From the NCBI GenBank assembly GCA_951406725.2, contig OX597823.1, positions 9,796,001 to 9,860,000 on the forward strand: a DNA stretch of 64,000 bases, given 5' to 3'. The stretch comes from Octopus vulgaris. Taxonomy: Eukaryota. Under the pieces are notes generated by a model. The model ran no database searches, was not told where the DNA came from, and was given only the letters and a program-made list of their open reading frames with translations. The position numbers were made by a program, and so were the translations under genes. This document shows, one piece after another, positions 41,488-54,808 of this stretch; position 1 is the stretch's first letter, and every line of letters starts with the position of its first letter.

Positions 41488-42042
41488 ACATTTACCAAAT
41501 CGAATTCGGCCTGGGGGGGGGGACATACAGCAACAACAATAAGCAAGAAGACGTAAGCCTTAATGTGTTCCATCGAATTGCTAGAAATAGCTGCATAAAC
41601 ACACGGAGAACATAGTTTGCCTTCTGAACTACGATGAAAAGACAGATTGTGATATAGTTATCAAAGATAGCGTTAAAACAACGGGACGGTCATGCATGGA
41701 AGATATTCGATCACACATCTGTTCGTTCAGAAATTACTTCGGGCTAGACAATAAACACATCTATAACGATGCAATCATAAATAGTAACAGTAAGACGATG
41801 ATGATGATAATACGACACAATTGTCAGTGCCATCGTGGTAATACCTAGACGTAGAGATATCTCCCGCAGTCGCCATAGCAATACTTTTATACGCCATTAA
41901 ATATGATCATAATCAAAATAACGTGCAAAACAACAAGAAAATAAAGTTAATACTATAAAGACAACGTTATATCAAGCCGCATTTCGTTTCCAATTCATCA
42001 ATGCTCCAGCCTTTTCAATTATACATACACAAAGACATTTAA

Positions 42043-42122
<80 letters not shown>

Positions 42123-42135
42123 ATATCTATCTATA

Positions 42136-42170
<35 letters not shown>

Positions 42171-42214
42171 ATATCTATCTATCTATCTATATATCTATCT
42201 ATCTGTCTATCAAG

Positions 42215-42256
<42 letters not shown>

Positions 42257-42276
42257 TTTTCTATCTACATACCTAC

Positions 42277-42364
<88 letters not shown>

Positions 42365-42365
42365 A

Positions 42366-42396
<31 letters not shown>

Positions 42397-42434
42397 ATAT
42401 CTATCTATCTATCTACATACCTACCTATCTATCG

Positions 42435-42528
<94 letters not shown>

Positions 42529-42541
42529 ATGTCTGTCTGTA

Positions 42542-42612
<71 letters not shown>
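42043..42612. repeat. (TATC)n array, 5' flank of the Tx1 element
   Basis: Direct inspection; it resumes at 48483. Confidence 0.95.
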
Positions 42613-42937
42613 TGACGGATGTGATGTCGTTTCAGCTCCGAAGGTAATCATTTATTTTGACTATTTATAGGCCAATTTTTGTGTAGATTTTTGCAAATAA
42701 GGTGTGTAAGGCAACCAACTTTCATTTGAGTGCTTTTCCAAGGGAGGAATTCGCCCCTAGGGGCAGTTTCGACCCCATTTCATTTCTGTTATTTTCTTCT
42801 CGACATTAGAAAATGTCTAGAAATTTTATTGTTGAACGCTGGTCGCGTTCTTTTTTGGAACAACATTTTCCTAGTCTCGAAACGACAGAGAAAAAAAGAA
42901 CGTTCGCACGGAAAATGCCAACGTGAAATTCGGTGAG

Positions 42938-44675
42938 ATGAACGCTGCAACCACGTGCGTTAACAGCCCTGTCACCACCGCCACCACCACCACTAACAAC
43001 AGCAACCACGAGACAACAACTGCTACCACCACCACCTCCACCACCACCACCACCACTACCACGACCAATATAAATGATAAAAATAAAACTGAAACGAAAA
43101 CTATTGACAAAAACAACAGCAACAACAAGAACAACAATAAAAATGAACTATCTAATAGTGAAGATGCCAATACAAAAAAGTCAACAACAGTAAATTTCGC
43201 AGATATTCTTCGCCAGAAAAAGGAGATTTTTACATTCACAAATGAAGAGCTCATAGAAACAAGAGCTCTCTTTACAACCCGTGGACAAGATTTAGTCCTG
43301 CATACACCTCAACATATAAAACAAGAAATTGAAAATAAGACAATTGTATATAAAATTATTAGAAAAAACAAAAAACCAAATGAACAGATTTGATGTGGAG
43401 AAATGTTTAAAAAATATAATGAAAGAAAAAGAGTATATAAACTGGGGTCCACAGTTTAACACAGTAGTGGTCCGCTTCCCTAACCAGGAAGTGGCAAAAG
43501 CTCACTCTACTGAGTCTCTGGGAAATGATGAAATCATCATGGTCCCTTATTATAAAAACCAGAGGGTGAGTAGAATTACTATCAGAAATGTACCCCCCGA
43601 TATGCCGAACAAATGGATAACAGGGGCAATCTGTTACCACTTGAAAAAGATCAATATTCTAGAAACAGCCGTGTACCTAAACGACAATTGGGGTGGAAAA
43701 ACAGTAGTTGTGACCATCCAGATTGATGGGGCCTCTATCGAGAGCCTACCCGACAAGATATACTTGGAGAATGGGCAATGCCTATATGTTATGGCAGAAG
43801 GCAAAAAGCCTAGATGCTACAAATGTGGCAGCCCCGAACATTTGATTGCCAAGTGCGATCTGGTACAGAAAAAACAAGAAAGAACAATTCAGAAAACAAA
43901 TAAAATCCCTTTGTTGCCAACACCAACACCAACACACTCAATTATGGAACAACGCCAAGAAAAACAACAAACCCCAACAACATCACCAAGAAAAACAGTA
44001 CCAACTCAATCACCGTTGACGTCACAATCAATTAAACTTGTTGAATCTTCAAAAAATCGACCCACACCCACACCCAGGACGACAATTAAAAAGACAGAAA
44101 ACACTGACGAGAAGACAAATGCTACCCCTAACACCACAACAACACAAACACCGCACAAAACATCAACAATTTATACAAGCATACATAGTGATCCTGTTCT
44201 TTTTCCTCTACCCCATACTGATACCTCGGACGACGAAAGTTCGACGGAATGGCAAATAGCCACAGGGGGTAAAAGAAAAAGATCCAAAAAATCCACCAAA
44301 CAAGGAATTAAAGCAGGGAGATATCTCACTCAGGACAACATTCCCCTAGACAATCAGAAAAGTAATGAACCCGTAAAACCACACACACAACTAACTGCAA
44401 TAGACACAGACAATAAAGAATTAATGGACTACATCAAATCTAACATGGTCGTCTGTGAAGATGATTTTAAGACAAACAATCATCCGCACACCACACCACC
44501 GAAACACATCAGAATTTTACACATAACACAAGCACAACACCACATACTGAAAACATTATTTCCGAATGCGGTAGGCGGGTATCAACGATACCTGTCGAAA
44601 AAACTATACAAACACCTCATCAAAAACGATACAAAAGAAGAAGAAAAAAATGAAACTTTTAAAATGAGTAAGTGA
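42938..44675 (+). CDS. Tx1 ORF1 (gag-like nucleic-acid-binding protein), split by an apparent 1-nt frameshift near 43361-43380
   Basis: The frames 42923-43393 and 43329-44675 overlap in an A-run. Contains RITIRNVPPD, zinc knuckle CYKCGSPEHLIAKC (CX2CX4HX4C), a Thr/Pro-rich linker and WQIATGGKRKR. Confidence 0.8.
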
Positions 44676-44741
44676 CCTCACTTCTTGCCTCTTGTCTCTT
44701 CTAATATAGTGTGTAAAACACAATTTTCGTAATTGTCAAGT

Positions 44742-47700
44742 ATGCTTAAATTAGGTTGTGTGAATGCGCGTGGCTTGGCGTCGGCTTGGAAGCAAGGTTA
44801 CCTTCTAAACGACATCAAGTCACTGGACGTGGATATAGTAGCTATCAGCGAAACCAGACTCAGTAAGCCGCGGGCCCTCGAGTCCATGTTTGGCAATCAA
44901 TTTGACATTTATTTTTCTCCCTGTCTGCCGAACATGGGTGGTGGAGGTACTGCGGTGCTTTTTCGAAAGAGTCTAAAGGTAAAAGTAAGAGCAATATTCC
45001 TAGACCCGGAGGGTAGGCTGGTTGTCTTGGACGTGGATGGCAGAAATGGGTGTGCATTCCGTCTGATGGCAGTTTATGCACCGTCCTTAACGGGTCGGGC
45101 GGATTTCTTCAGACGTCTAGAGGTTTTCCTGGGTACGTCTAGACCTTTACTGTTAGTAGGGGATTGGAACGCTACCTTGGACACGCATCTAGATTATGTG
45201 GGAAGGGATAGGAATAGAAGGGGGTGTAAGAGCCTCAAAGACCTGCTCAGACGTTTCCATTTGTCTGACAGGTTCCGACTCGACCATCCGAACGTGCCAA
45301 CGTGGACTCGGACAAACCGCGTCGGATCGTCGAGATCTTATCTAGATAGAATTCTATGCAGGACAGCGGATAGGGATAGTGTAGGATGTCCACAATTTAA
45401 AATAGTCAGCTACACAGATCACAAATTTGTTACGTGTACGCTCGACTTAGATAAAACACATAGGCAGGGTCCCGGTTACTGGAAACTGAACACGTCGCTG
45501 TTAGCGCGACAGGTTTACAGGAACCGGATTAGCGAGTTAATTAAGAGGGCGCTGACGGGAGCGGTCGTTAACAACCGCTGGTGGTACGCCCTGAAAATGG
45601 CAATAAAATCGGAATCAATTAGGTTTAGCAAGGAATTAGCGATAGAACGAAATAGAGTAGAGGGAGACTTAGTTAAGAAACTAGAAGAGGCACTTACCAC
45701 TGGCAGCGCAACCAACGTGCTAGCTGCGAGGATGGCCCTCGACCAACACCTCAACGCCAAGCACGAAGGTTGCGTCGTCAGAGCTAAAATGCGTGCCTTA
45801 AGGAACGAAGGGATTGAAGCTGCGCGAGAGGCCCGGGTAGCGGAGGCGCAGCGTGGCAACAGATCAACCATTCGGTCTCTAATAGATCAACAGGGATGCA
45901 GTTTACTCGAACCCGAAAGGATGTGTGAGGCCTTTCAACAGCACTTTGCTCGACTGTTTGGTGCGAGTGGTGGGTCGGAACGAGGGATGGATTTCAGTGC
46001 CTACCTGACCGACCTGCCGCGGCTCTCGGCAAGAGAGGCGGAGTGTTGTGAAAGTCCCATCACAGCCGCTGACGTGTGGGATGCGATGGCGGGCTGCGCG
46101 AGGGATAAGTCGCCTGGATTGGATGGTTTACCCTACGAGCTGTATTGTCGAATGCCAGACTTGTTTGGCGAACTCTTGGCATCAGTCTACTGCAACTGGC
46201 AACAAAACGGGAGAATCCCCGGTTTCGTGAGCCGAGGTGCAGTGACGTTGCTGAAGAAAGACTCAAACAAGGGGAATTTTATAGATAATTTCAGGCCCAT
46301 CACTCTGCTCAACGCAGATTTGAAAATTTTGGCCAAAGTAATAGCCGAGAGGTTGGCGCTTGTCATTGGTAAACTGGTCGACAGGGCGCAAACATGCGCC
46401 GTGCCGGGCAGAACCATACATGACAACCTCCATCTGATGCGCTACATTGTGGACAGGGTAGTTAAGGATCCTGGCATGGGTGGGGCGCTGATCAATTTGG
46501 ATCAGTCTAAAGCCTTCGATAGGGTCGACCATCGGTACTTGGCGGCCGTCCTCAGGGCGGCTGGCTTCGGTCCCGTCTTCCGCGGTTGGATCGCTGCCTT
46601 GTATAGCGGCATCCGATCGGTGATTCGGGTAAACGGTCACCTGTCTAAACCGTTTGACATCACGCGTTCGGTCCGTCAGGGGTGTCCCCTGTCGGCGCTT
46701 CTGTATGTATTGACTCTCGAGCCGCTACTGCGGAAGCTGGCGACACTGAGGGGCATCCCACGGGAACTGGGTTGCGAGACGAGCGTGTCGGCATATGCGG
46801 ACGATGTCACCGTCATAGTGTCGAGCTACCAGCACATCGAGCTGGTCGGCGAGACACTAAGAAAATATGAAACGGTGACGGGAGCAAAGATTAACCCGGA
46901 AAAGTCAGTGGGTTTGCTACTCGGCACCTGGAGAAGCAAGCCCATGCCGTCCGACTGCGGCTCAGTAGTGGGACGCTGGACGGACGGACCGGTTAAATTG
47001 CTCGGGGTCTGGTTCAGTCCGGACCTCCAAATGGATAAGAACTGGGACGAGATCACGAGTAGAGTGGTCGCTCTCAGCCAAACATGGGCCGAGAGAAAGC
47101 TGTCTCTAAAAGGCCGGGCGGAGGTGGCGAACGCGTACATCGCATCCGTCATCGATTACCGCCTGACCGTCGTACCTTGTCCCGACGCCACCATCACCAA
47201 ACTGGAACGCATACTCTTCCGCTTCCTGTGGAAGGGTGGCGTTCCGATGGTGAGGAAGTCCATTTGCTGTCAACATCCGTTGAATGGAGGACTGGGCATG
47301 CCGTGGTTGATGATGCGCAGGCATGCGCTGAGACTGCGACATCTCTGGAAATTCATCGACGATTGTGAACAGGTGTGGGCGCCGTTTGTGAGGCGCGACT
47401 TCCCGCAGCTCGTCTCACTGACCGAACTGCAAACGTGGATCAAAAAGAGACCGAAACTGGGCGATTGGCACCGAGAGTGTCGCCAAGCTCTACAGCAGCT
47501 CTGCCGACCGGGGTCAAACTTGTGCAACTTACAAACGACTAAAGCGTTCTATAGAGGACTAGTGGAGGGGAGGTCCGACGACACACTCGGGGCAAACCTG
47601 GGCGTCGACGAGGAATTCCTAACCCGCCTGTTCAGGACGACGTTCGGGCCGGGGCCTATGGATAACTTCCAGAAATCCCTGGCTTGGCAGTGCTATCGAG

Positions 47701-48182
47701 ACGCACTACCTGTTCGAGAGAAGAGCTACAGACACGGTTCGAAAACCATCACCGGACCGACCTGCCCGAGATGCGGTCAAAGCGACGAAACCGTTCTGCA
47801 CGCACTCGTGCAGTGTCCAGATATTTCAGAGCTGTGGTCCTTCGTCGAACAGCTGTTGTCACGTGTAGGTCAGGCTCGCCTATCGGCCGAGTCTATTGTG
47901 AATATTGTTCCACCACCTTCCTTTAAACGGGAAGGGAAAACGGTTTTCGTTACGCTGATGGCTATGGCGAAAGAATGTGTGTGGTGGACGCGTTTGAAAG
48001 GACTGCAAACAAACACCTTCCTCTCTGGTCAGTCTCTCGTCAACTTTTTCAAGTACCACTTGAAAAGGAGGATGAGAATAGAGAGGAAGGCTTTGTCGAA
48101 CGAATGTTTTAATAAAAAGTGGGTAAAAGTGGCAAAAATGGTCAGTATGAAAGACGACACTATTTTAAGCATAAATCTGTAA
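44742..48182 (+). CDS. Tx1 ORF2: APE endonuclease, reverse transcriptase and C-terminal zinc finger (1146 aa, uninterrupted)
   Basis: APE motifs NARGL, ISET, VYAP, GDWN, YLDRI, TDH, then WKLN. RT motifs SPGLDG, FRPITLLNAD, DQSKAFDRV, RQGCPLS, YADD. Also GGLGMP and CPRC...ETVLHALVQC. Confidence 0.95.
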   Translation: MLKLGCVNARGLASAWKQGYLLNDIKSLDVDIVAISETRLSKPRALESMFGNQFDIYFSPCLPNMGGGGTAVLFRKSLKVKVRAIFLDPEGRLVVLDVDGRNGCAFRLMAVYAPSLTGRADFFRRLEVFLGTSRPLLLVGDWNATLDTHLDYVGRDRNRRGCKSLKDLLRRFHLSDRFRLDHPNVPTWTRTNRVGSSRSYLDRILCRTADRDSVGCPQFKIVSYTDHKFVTCTLDLDKTHRQGPGYWKLNTSLLARQVYRNRISELIKRALTGAVVNNRWWYALKMAIKSESIRFSKELAIERNRVEGDLVKKLEEALTTGSATNVLAARMALDQHLNAKHEGCVVRAKMRALRNEGIEAAREARVAEAQRGNRSTIRSLIDQQGCSLLEPERMCEAFQQHFARLFGASGGSERGMDFSAYLTDLPRLSAREAECCESPITAADVWDAMAGCARDKSPGLDGLPYELYCRMPDLFGELLASVYCNWQQNGRIPGFVSRGAVTLLKKDSNKGNFIDNFRPITLLNADLKILAKVIAERLALVIGKLVDRAQTCAVPGRTIHDNLHLMRYIVDRVVKDPGMGGALINLDQSKAFDRVDHRYLAAVLRAAGFGPVFRGWIAALYSGIRSVIRVNGHLSKPFDITRSVRQGCPLSALLYVLTLEPLLRKLATLRGIPRELGCETSVSAYADDVTVIVSSYQHIELVGETLRKYETVTGAKINPEKSVGLLLGTWRSKPMPSDCGSVVGRWTDGPVKLLGVWFSPDLQMDKNWDEITSRVVALSQTWAERKLSLKGRAEVANAYIASVIDYRLTVVPCPDATITKLERILFRFLWKGGVPMVRKSICCQHPLNGGLGMPWLMMRRHALRLRHLWKFIDDCEQVWAPFVRRDFPQLVSLTELQTWIKKRPKLGDWHRECRQALQQLCRPGSNLCNLQTTKAFYRGLVEGRSDDTLGANLGVDEEFLTRLFRTTFGPGPMDNFQKSLAWQCYRDALPVREKSYRHGSKTITGPTCPRCGQSDETVLHALVQCPDISELWSFVEQLLSRVGQARLSAESIVNIVPPPSFKREGKTVFVTLMAMAKECVWWTRLKGLQTNTFLSGQSLVNFFKYHLKRRMRIERKALSNECFNKKWVKVAKMVSMKDDTILSINL

Positions 48183-48481
48183 CCAAAAGAGACAACGAGA
48201 AGTAAGGCGACTTACTCATGTGTTCTTTTTCGAATTGCCTGAGGTGACCTTGGTCTTTTTTGTAGGTTTTTCTTTCCAAGACTACACCTAAACTGTGAAC
48301 CTTATATATATATATATATTGCTTTTTTATACACCACACAACCCACAAATCCCTATTGATCAAACGTTTTTTTTTTTTTTTTTTTTTTTGCCCCACCCAT
48401 CCCACCTCGAAAAGAAAAATTCTACATTGTATTTCGTCCATTTTTATTCTGTGTTTAGCCCTGTGTGGCTACAATAAAAAG

Positions 48482-48482
<1 letters not shown>

Positions 48483-48556
<74 letters not shown>

Positions 48557-48565
48557 CATACCTAC

Positions 48566-48608
<43 letters not shown>

Positions 48609-48700
48609 CCTACTTACCTACCTACCTATCTATCTATCTACTTACCTACCTACCTACCTATCTATCTATCTATCTATCTATCTATTTCTATCAATCTATC
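48483..48700. repeat. (TATC)n/(TACC)n array, 3' flank of the Tx1 element
   Basis: Direct inspection. Confidence 0.95.
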
Positions 48701-49510
48701 TATGCATCTATCTATGCATCTATATTTATGCCTACATATACTTACATATATATACTTACATACATACGAATATATGGGTACGCACATGCAGTCCTATCTT
48801 TGTGTGAGTATGGGTGACTAGATGTATAAGTATATATTTGTGTATGAGGTCTGTGTCCATTCATATTCACACAACCGTTTGCTTACAAATATAAAAGCAA
48901 ACGCACAAGCAGATATGGCCATGAAAGCATGTTCACCACACACATACACAAACACATAATATAAACATGCACCAATACATTTGTACATATCAAGGCCAAT
49001 ATATAAATGTAGTATACGCATAGATACATATATCTACATACTCTGTGTTTTGGAATCACGCCCAACACTGTTTCCCCACGGTCAATGGATTTTAGTAACA
49101 TTTAGCTAAAGCTGAAGCATCGTTCAAATGTGGCGTGGTTATTGTTCAGCCTGGTCAAGAAACCATACCAATCTATGCGTGGAATATTATAGGATAGAGA
49201 AATGGGAAATCTAAATATAGAGAGTGGGGAAGCAACATGTAGAAAGAGGTCGCGGTAATATCATGTGACAGGGCCATAAGGCAAGAAAGTGTATATTGCC
49301 GCGTGAATGAAACAGTAGACAGGTTATTCTCCATAAATTGTGCGTATGGAGGCAAGGATTTGAAAAGTGAAAGAATGAATGTGATTCTGTCTATGTATGA
49401 GTGTATCTCTGTCCGGCTACGCTACAAGAACGAAAAATAACATTTACCCTAAAGTGTATGAATACACGTATACAACACTCACACACACACACACATCTAT
49501 ATCATTTATG

Positions 49511-49820
49511 TGAAGGCGCATGGCTCAGTGGTTAGAGCGTCGAGCTTACGATCGTGAGGTTGTGAGCTCGAATCCCGGACCGGGCTGCGTGTTGTGTTCT
49601 TGAGCAAGACACTTTATTTTTCACGTTGCTCCAGTTCACTCAGCTATAGAAATGAGTTGCGACGTCACAGGTGCCAAGCTGTATCGGCCTTTGCCTTTCC
49701 CTTGGATAACACTGGTGGCGTGGAGAGGGGAGGCTGGTATGCATGGGCGACTGCTGGTCTTCCATAAACAACCTTGCCCAGACTTGTGTCTAGGAGGGTA
49801 ACTTTCTAGGTGCAATCCCA
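49511..49820 (+). mobile_element. SINE family D (tRNA-derived head, distinct body)
   Basis: A box TGGCTCAGTGG, B-box-like GCTCGAATCCC, then GTTGTGTTCTTGAGCAAGACACTT and CCAGTTCACTCAGCT. Runs into (TA)n. Confidence 0.8.
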
Positions 49821-49842
49821 TATATATATATATATATATATA

Positions 49843-50448
<606 letters not shown>

Positions 50449-50597
50449 CAAAATAAGCAACAAGGATATCCAGAGCTAATGCAGTATCTCTGGATATCCA
50501 TGATGCTTATTTTGATTGTAATCACCCCATTTTGAATTGTATGGATGATACCATATTAAATTCTGGTGCCTTTAACTTAAGTATCATATTCAACTGA

Positions 50598-50661
<64 letters not shown>

Positions 50662-50686
50662 GTCTATCTATCTATCTATATATTTA

Positions 50687-50806
<120 letters not shown>

Positions 50807-50903
50807 ATATCAAAGGGTAATCAGAGATATTTGAAATTGCTATTGCCAGTGGCCTAGCGTGTAAAAATGTAGTCAATAGATTATATATTATTCATATAAA
50901 TAG

Positions 50904-51122
50904 AGTGTACATTTAAACACATAAGAGTTATACATCATAGGACTCCTTGCACGCTAGAGGGGACAGTCAAATTCCAAACCACTATTAGGGATAAACATTT
51001 TGTTTTTTTATTTTTTATTACCTTCGAAATTTTATCCCTAATAGTGGCATGTAATTTAACTGTCCTTTCTAGCGTGCAAGGAATCCTATGATGGATACCT
51101 CTTATGTGTTTAAATGTACACT
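50904..51122. repeat. Imperfect fold-back with ~90-bp arms next to (TA)n (smaller one at 50447-50515)
   Basis: AGTGTACATTTAAACACATAAGAG...CCACTATTAGGGATAAA versus TTTATCCCTAATAGTGG...CTCTTATGTGTTTAAATGTACACT. Confidence 0.8.
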
Positions 51123-51502
51123 GCATATATATATACTTATATATGCATAATGCATACATATAATATATACATACATATCTATATACATCAAATGCTCACA
51201 CACACATACACACACTTACACGCACACTTAGTACACACACATATGCATATATATTTACACAAGAGAGAGAGACAGAAAGAGAGAAAGAGAAACAGAGAGA
51301 AAGAGTGAAAGAGAGAGAGAGAGAGAAGAAATAAGATTTTCAGCAAACCAAGAGAAATGTAAATATCTAAGAAAATATACGCACAAATAAGTGTGGCATT
51401 GTTATAACAATACAACTCCTGCTACGCATACCACTGCATACTAATGTTGAAATTGTAGTTTTTCATTATTTAGTTATAATAATAGCCATATCATTATCTC
51501 GT

Positions 51503-52207
<705 letters not shown>

Positions 52208-52449
52208 AATTTCACGAAAATATAAAAAATGTAAGCATCTGTAAATTGTGTGCTGGTGCCATGAGAAAAAGTTGTTATATTATGACAGTTACAGAATACA
52301 GAAAGAAGTGTAAAACTGATAAGTATATAATCCAACCAAAATATCTCAGTTACGCAAACGTAAACAGAATTACTATCTGTCTTAAAATACATCATACGTA
52401 TTCTAAGGACTTTCTTGGATTAGTGGTGCGGAACGTTCTTCTGGTATTC

Positions 52450-52670
52450 TTTTATTTTCTTACTTGTTTCAATAGTTTGTCGGTGGCTAAGTTACGGGGA
52501 TGCAAACACACCAACATCGGTTGTCAAACAATGTTGTTAGTGGTGGGGAGGAACAGAGACACAAACACACACACACATATATATATATATATATGACTGA
52601 CTTCTTTCAGTTTCCATTTATCAAATTCACTCACGAGGCTTTAGTCGGCCTAAGACTAGAGTAGAAAACA
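52450..52670 (-). mobile_element. SINE family B, deleted and diverged
   Basis: GCTAAGTTACGGGGATGCAAACACACCAACATCGGTTGTC...CTTCTTTCAGTTTCC. Confidence 0.7.
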
Positions 52671-53108
52671 GTCTTTAAAGTATTCAGTTGAATTTTGTGT
52701 GGCCACCTGTTGGCTACATTCCGTTCGAAATTTGCATTAGTTTTTGCATGAAAAAAGGAAGGCAGGTGAGGGGCTTGTTTGTAGTTTGTAGAGAAAGCGT
52801 TAAATGTGCCTGAAAAAAAATCGTGCCTCCTACCAACTCAAAGACATGAAGAACTATGAAAGGAGGCGAGTAAGTACCGCGATGGGGGATAGAAAAGATA
52901 ACTAACACCCAATTGTTCTAGAACTCCCAGAATAAAAACGTAAACACCTGAAAGACTTTCCCACTATTACTAAATGTCTTTCCTTCTTCCTCGTTGTTAA
53001 AAGTAAAGAACCGAGAAAAATCGATCGTATTTCAGTGTACTGGCATTTTAAATGATTGAGACTTTCCTTTCTCTGTCTCTATCATTTTACTCTTGTTCTC
53101 TACGGAGA

Positions 53109-53390
53109 GTGAAGGTGTGTTGCTCAGTAATTATGGGTATTTGGCCCACGATCGTAAAGTCACTAGAACGATTCTCTGTGGCGCGCTGTGTTCTTGAGCA
53201 AGGTACTCTACTTCACCTTGCTGCAGTCCACTCAGCTGGTAAAAGTGAGTTGTAGCCGTAATTCAAAGGGGCTTGCCTTGTCACATCCTGTGTGAGGCTG
53301 AATATCCTTGAGATCTACCTTATCGTATGCGTGTCTGTGGAGTACTCAGCCACAGGCGCGTTCTTGTCATCGTAACTGACGAAGTGTCAT
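53109..53390 (+). mobile_element. Old chimeric SINE: family-D head and core with family-A 3' half
   Basis: TGTGTTCTTGAGCAAGG...CAGTCCACTCAGCTG (D) joined to TTCAAAGGG...GCCTTGTCAC...GCTGAATATCC...GTCTGTGGAGTACTCAGCCAC...CGTAACTGACGAAGTG (A). Confidence 0.7.
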
Positions 53391-53649
53391 TTTTAAGTGA
53401 AAATTATAGACATGTTCCATATTGTAAGGGATGTGTTTAGTATAAGCAGTGAAAGCTAAGACGAAGTCATTCTTATTCCGTTGTGTATTCATCCTCGACT
53501 CACGCTCAGTTTGGTAACAACAACCTGCGCATCGGTGTTTACCTGGGGGCTTGGTCTCCAGGTCTATGTTAGGATGAGATTAACACCCATAGTGACCCTA
53601 AAGACTAAAAATATTCTCCTGTCCCTACATAGAATCTTTTTTCGTTAGA

Positions 53650-54637
53650 GCAGCGAAAGCAACATAGAATGGTATGTAAACAATGCCATTGAACCACTAT
53701 TATTGGAAGCAAGAAGGTCAAGCTTATGCAGGATGGAAGGCTGCAAAGATAAACCAATGTACAAGAACTTGAGAATGAATGAAAATAAAAGTAGATGGAT
53801 AATGAAAAAATGCATGGACAATTTCATTGGGATGTTGAAGATAACACAAGCAGAGGAAAAAAGATTGCTATAGATGACTAAGAGTGATTTAAAACCGGAA
53901 ACGGAGGTTAAAATCTGTGCTGCTCAAGAGCAAGCATTAAGGACCAATTACGTCAAATACAGAATAGACAACACATCAGAAAGTGATAAGTGCAGAATTT
54001 GTATACAAAACTGTGAAACTTTATGGCAAGTTACCAGTCAATATACGTCACAAGCCCAGAAAGAATATAAGAGACATCATGACAATATAGCAAGGATTGT
54101 CCATTGGATACTTTGCAACTAATATGGACTTGACAGAGCAAAAATGTCGTGCGAACATAAACCCGAAGACATCATCGAAAATGATAATGCAAAGATCCTA
54201 TGGAATTTTATGATTCAGTGCAACCATGAGATAGAGAATAGGAAGCGAGACATAGTATTAATTGAGAAAGAAAGCAAACAATGCTGGATCATAGATGTAT
54301 CATTTCCATTTGACAACAAGATATGCGATAAGGAACAAAGAAAAGTCGATAGATATGAAAAGTTTCTTTGGGAGGTTAAGAAGTTCTGGTCACTGAAATA
54401 GGTGGTAGTTGTATCAATAATTGCCGGAGCCCTGTGAACAGTGAGTAAAAATCTTGGTAAGTACAGGGCACAAATATGGGCTGAGATAACGGAGTAATAC
54501 TTGCAGAAAGCAGCTACGCTTTGAACCGCTCGAATACTGCGGATGGTGATCGAAAAATACGGGATGGTACCTGAGTCCACTGATAATGAACAGCTGGAAC
54601 CGTAGTACATCTCCAGCGTTAGAAGCTGTGTAAAGAC
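53650..54637 (+). mobile_element. Decayed R4/Dong-type LINE 3' portion ending in (AAT)n
   Basis: KMHGQF, LKPETEVKICAAQEQALRTNY, CRIC, YKRHHD, ILWNF, RKRDIV...WIIDVSFP. The tail GAAGCTGTGTAAAGAC is followed by (AAT)n. Confidence 0.85.
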
Positions 54638-54702
<65 letters not shown>

Positions 54703-54754
54703 TAATAATAATAATAATAATAATAAAATAATAATAATAATAATAATAATAATG

Positions 54755-54808
<54 letters not shown>

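Larger units (their letters stand above)
42613..48482 (+). mobile_element. Full-length Tx1-clade (L1 group) non-LTR retrotransposon inserted in (TATC)n
   Basis: 5' UTR, ORF1 (CCHC), 66-nt spacer, ORF2 (APE-RT-Zn), 3' UTR with AATAAA at 48473-48478, no poly(A), and TATC repeats on both sides. Confidence 0.92.

Noticed and set aside
44860-47926. Antisense and alternate-frame ORFs overlapping Tx1 ORF2
   Set aside because: Expected shadow ORFs of a GC-rich coding region, with no motifs.
49513-49585. tRNA-like sequence (also the heads of SINE A and B)
   Set aside because: A and B boxes are present but there is no paired acceptor stem, and the sequence continues into a repeated SINE body.
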